From positions 18,104,001 to 18,168,000 of the forward strand of contig NC_135258.1 in the NCBI RefSeq assembly GCF_964204865.1: 64,000 nt of DNA, written 5' to 3'. The translations under genes and the position numbers were made by a program. Of this stretch, positions 59,298 through 64,000 are shown one piece after another; the stretch's first letter is position 1; each line of letters starts with the position of its first letter. Under the pieces are notes generated by a model. It was not told where the DNA came from. It ran no database searches and saw nothing but the letters and a program-made list of their open reading frames with translations. This DNA is from Styela clava (Eukaryota).

Positions 59298-62200
59298 ATG
59301 TACTTGACCTCGAGCTCAAAGCAATTGTTTTTATCATGGACATCTTGGGACGTGTCCAATTACTACCGAACGGGCTCAAACGGCGTTGGTTTTAGGAATA
59401 TTTTTCCCGTAAGCAATTTCTCTCACCAAACTAATAGTACGATACAATATGTAAAATAATACACTATTATAATTGATATTTCTCATTGAGAGTCATTTTA
59501 TAAATTTTACTCATTGACATAATGCTTATGTATGTATGAAGTCGGCTAATTTTCGTGTTAGAACTATAAATTCGTTTATGCTGGGCGAATTTCGTAGAAC
59601 AAATCGGTTCTCGAGTTCAAAGATATCTCGCTCGCAAGTTTCTGGCAATTTTACAATACTAGATTAACATAAAATGTTAGTGATACTGTTTTTATTTCCA
59701 TACGATCAAGGTGCTTTGGGTCGATTTTACTTCGATGTTTTAATTTATCTAGATAGTTCCGTTATATTTTACACTGTCATTTTGCGCGGAACAATGTTAA
59801 ACTTGTGGTTGACAATTTTGTGACTACTTACAAACTCGATTTTTCTACCTCTGCTATTTAAAGTGGGATACACGACTAAGCTTTGTATAATAAATTCAAA
59901 AATATTGTATATATTTATTTGTTTATTGACTGCTGGCTGTTCGATATTGATCGATCTCAGCGTTCCAGAGTAGGGGGACATATATTTATTATTAATTGAA
60001 ATACACCAGAGCAATGAGTCATCACAGAAGCGAAATCCATATTTTGATTTCAAACTGTTTACGGAAGGTTCGTTCAATTTCGATATATTCTCGTATACAG
60101 CAGTTGGGTTCTTATCGTGCCACACTTATGAAATTACAAAGATAGAAAACACAGATTCATTTCGGGATAAATGAAGCTATGTGGAGGCTTATTGTGCTTT
60201 TCTGCTATTGAATTTGATAGCAGATCGTCTATTGTCGATACTGAGCGTATATGCTGAAAGTCTAACCAACGCGCGTGTTCCATTAACGAAAATATTTACA
60301 CTTTACGGACTTATTTACAAATATTGTTGACAATTGTGGGGGCGTCAATTGACGTAGCAGAAACGGCACACATAGGTCAAATTGCATTCAATTTTGAGTC
60401 ATGGTGAATAGCAGTTTTCACCAACTTGACGTTTGTGAATATAGGTGGAGATATTTTGCATCGTGATTAATGAAGCAAAGAAGAGAATGAGTCACGGTGT
60501 GTGTATGTTATGTACATGGCACATGCTATGCGACCCATATGTATTCTACGCTACCAATTTACAGAAAAGTGCGGGTCTTGGACACATTTTTTACCGAGGC
60601 GTGACTATGATCATACGTGTAACAGGAAAAAGTTGCAGTGTTCACGCGCTGTTGTATTAACGAGCCCACAAGAATTTCTTATCCTCAATAGATTTGTTAA
60701 ATCCGCCAGTGTGTATACTCATTACTTTTGTTTGACCTCTACTAACCCAACGTGCCAAATATCTACTCCAATTAAATTTATTGATTGGTGTCGAAGAGTG
60801 GTTGTCTGGGAATCTTAAATTGTAAAGTATAGTTCATAGATATATCTGAATGAATGAGAGGATACTTTAATACACTGTACTAACATTGGCCAAGGTGATT
60901 TCAATATTTCCGCCCTTCTTGGGAACGTACCAAAACAAATAGTTGTTTTGGAACTTTCATTGAAGGGTTTCCATAAATAGATATTAGAGGACATTTAAAG
61001 TACGTTCAAAGTGCAATTTAAAGCATCGATTCTGAAAATGGAGATCGATATACAGGATGTGCGAATATATATTTAGCCTGTAAAATGTAATAATCAGCAT
61101 ACATGCTGTTGTATATATTCACAGCGGGTTACGTTATTGTAAGGTTATTTGCAAGTTAATAACCCTTCAATGATGCATGTTGATTGGCAATAATGTTTAG
61201 GGATCGGAGACCGCTGACGTAAGCTTGTATTTAGACCGTGTTGGTGAGAAATACCGATTGCGTGCGTCAGTTCCCGTTTCATCGCAATCGAAGTTCAGAA
61301 AGCCATTCTCCTGTTGCGTGCACTTGTTTATGTATAGCTTGCATATACGCCCATCATTGATGATTACAAACACGAGAAACGATCATCAGATTCGGTTGCC
61401 TTTTTGCAAGTTGTAAATGTACCAAAAATAATCGTTCATGCATGGCCAGTGCAAACGTTACACACGTTAAACAAATAATATTTTCAGACTAGGAAATTAT
61501 GCATTGTCTGGGTTTATTTTAGGCAATTACAAATGTCGTTCTATTCTTGTTACGTGGAACGTTCCGCTTGTGATATAGGAGACTAATTCTTTATACACTT
61601 AAAATAACTTGTTTCTATATTTTTAGACTGATGTTCCTACTAAAAATACGTATACGACGAGGCATATGTATTGAATATGAATGTTTTATGCGCATTTTCA
61701 ACTACTGGTGTATCTGAACTATTTAGAAGCGGAATCTATCCACGGGCTATGTTGAAAGTTTTATCGAATTGTTATTAAATAAAATATAGATGGGAAAACA
61801 GGATTTCTTTATTTTACAGTAGATTCAAATGTTAAATTCAAGAGGTTTTGTTGTTTGTGTTAGTGACACAAGAACCCGTTTTGTATGAAGCACTTATGAC
61901 GAGCAACATGTATACCGCTGTATCTTCAAAAGCAATGAAATACAATAATTTTTGTACTCGGTTACACTCTACTATAGGCAATAAATGACAGTGTTTTCTT
62001 GTTGAGACCTCGACCTTTTTGTTAAATTGTTAAACTAAGAGCAACTGTTATCTTAATGATTATATCTATTTATAAGTTTAGATATCCAACGTTTCTAATA
62101 TTTCATTCAGTTATTTTTGCTGGAAAATAAAAAGTCAAATGAGCAACAGACGTCGCATGTGACGCAGCAAAATCATTCCGCGCTATTAATAACATAAAAA

Positions 62201-62913
62201 GTCCTGAATGTATGCAAGGTTCATTGTTCAATTTCCATTCTCCTCTCAAATTTACAATACTCAAACAAACATTGTATTTGGTTGCTAATTACTCAGACTA
62301 AAATATACAAACAATTACTAGCAGTCAACGGTATACTTAAATGTGTTTATTTATTTGAACACTGGTCAAATTATAACAAACTGCCTTATTAGAACAAGTT
62401 GCTTATATCACCACTGACAGTGAATCGAATCAATATATAGATTGATTGAAACCTATTAAACTTATTAAGGTATGGGAAATGTTTAACTAAATTATAAGCA
62501 TTTTTCAGAGACAGTTGTCATTGGTCATACCTGACTCTAAACCGATAATTGTTCTGTCGATCCCATATAATTGGGTTTGGTTTTTAGCGACTAGAACTCG
62601 ATCAAGTGTCGTTATTTTAAACTACAATATAATTCCGGATACTACTAATTATTATGAACGTTTTTGAGACAAAGCTGCCCAATACATAATAGCTAGAATA
62701 CAAAAAAAATTGAGAATATAAGGAAATTTTCATGTATAGAATTGGAAAATCAACGCGCTACTTTATACCAAGAAGTAAATTATGATTTACGAGATCCCAC
62801 ACACAAAAAAAAGCTTTGCACAAGTTGTACTGTATACTGTACAACGGAAGCCTTTTCAAACTCTGATACGTACCTGCATTTTTGTTAATATGGGCATGCA
62901 GAGGTAACCAATG

Positions 62914-63101
62914 GGTTCCATTACATTTGAACCCATGTACATTTGAACCACGTGCATCTGAACCCACGACTATTGCAACTGCATACTATTGCACCTATGG
63001 AATTGGGTTTTAGCACCCGCATATAGATTGAACCCGCGGATATACACATGTGTTCAAATGTACATGGTTCAAATGTACGTGGGTTCAAATGTGCGGTCAC
63101 C
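62914..63101. mobile_element. 188-bp palindromic MITE with perfect 8-bp TSD, Merlin-like
   Basis: AACCAATG at 62906-62913 and 63102-63109; GG termini; inverted arrays of a 15-16 bp tacatttgaaccc unit. Confidence 0.8.
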
Positions 63102-64000
63102 AACCAATGAGCTTGAATGTACCATCGGGGGGCAAGAACGCAAATTCTTTACTTGTGCGTGGTGTTATGATAATTATTTCTTCTTATCATCAATAAATTT
63201 TACAAAGCCGCCTATTATACTAATCATTGTGCCGGAGGCGATGATTAGATCTAGATAATTGATTATACAAAACACAAAACATGTTTTGAATCTCTGACTG
63301 GATTTGAATATTTAAACGAAAAGAATCATATTTTAATTATAAACGCCAGATTAATATAAGTGAGTTGTTATGTCAGTAAATGGTGATTACTCCCCAATAT
63401 ATAGTTTGCGTGCAAATGATTTTTATGGAATAATAAAATGCACATGCATAAAATCATCGACATTAGATATCTCATTATTATCTACATGAGCAGTACAATT
63501 TATACTTGACTCACGCGATCGCCATTATAATTGACCATTGTACTCTCCATATGAACAATTTTATGACATTAATTTGAATATGGTCATCAGGAAAATGTTA
63601 TTATGTTCAGCTAAATTAGGACTCTCAGGTTTGGTCATGACCAAGTTAATATATTCATATAGCAGGATATCCAATATATCAAGATAAAAACATAATAGGC
63701 GGAATGATTTAATCAAGGGCATTGACCGTTATCAGTCAATGATAATCAATCACAGAAGTCGAAAGTTTATTTATGTTTGGTGATCTTGGCAAATTCATAA
63801 GCAATGCGTTCATTAAATTGTGAAGGTATTATATGACAATATTTTTGGAAATATCGAAAAGAAAAATGATACCATCGATATTAATGCTGGACAGCATGGA
63901 ATATTTATCAACCGAATGTCAAGACTTCATTAAAATTATTGGCAACGTCGTGCATCATAAATATACAGTAAATGTACATAAGTTATCTTGTAGTGCATCT

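Noticed and set aside
59300-62900. Short ORFs in the right-hand region
   Set aside because: No motifs or consistent splice-linked frames found; treated as non-coding.
62914-63101. CRISPR-like repeat array
   Set aside because: Units are adjacent, inverted and lack spacers; the TSD marks a MITE and the DNA is eukaryotic.

Overview
AT-rich, intron-containing invertebrate genomic DNA, most plausibly an ascidian/tunicate (inferred from chordate-like proteins, short introns and repeat types; not proven). Left to right: the 5' end of a synapsin gene (minus, runs off the window); intronless SPCS3 (minus) and METTL2 (plus) head-to-head around a shared upstream region that holds a decayed SmG (SNRPG) copy and a cluster of TACCGGTA palindromes; a 14-exon, divergent ACAD9-like gene (plus); and a ~33 kb minus-strand locus that appears to encode a giant membrane-anchored mosaic zona pellucida (ZP) protein. 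That protein reads signal peptide, isolated ZP-N, IgGFc-binding domain, C-type lectin, then two copies of [EGF, furin site, beta-rich domain, pentraxin-like, C-type lectin, degenerate VWA, Ser/Thr stalk], then EGF, ZP module, furin site, TM and a PDZ-type tail. Its 5' exons can also end early as a short secreted ZP-N-only protein. An intronless orphan type II membrane ORF lies further right. Repeats include two palindromic mariner derivatives whose arms appear homogenised, a triple-nested hAT/Tc2 stack, a Merlin-like MITE, SINEs and tandem duplications. All gene models were built by hand from splice signals and remembered protein motifs; no searches were run.
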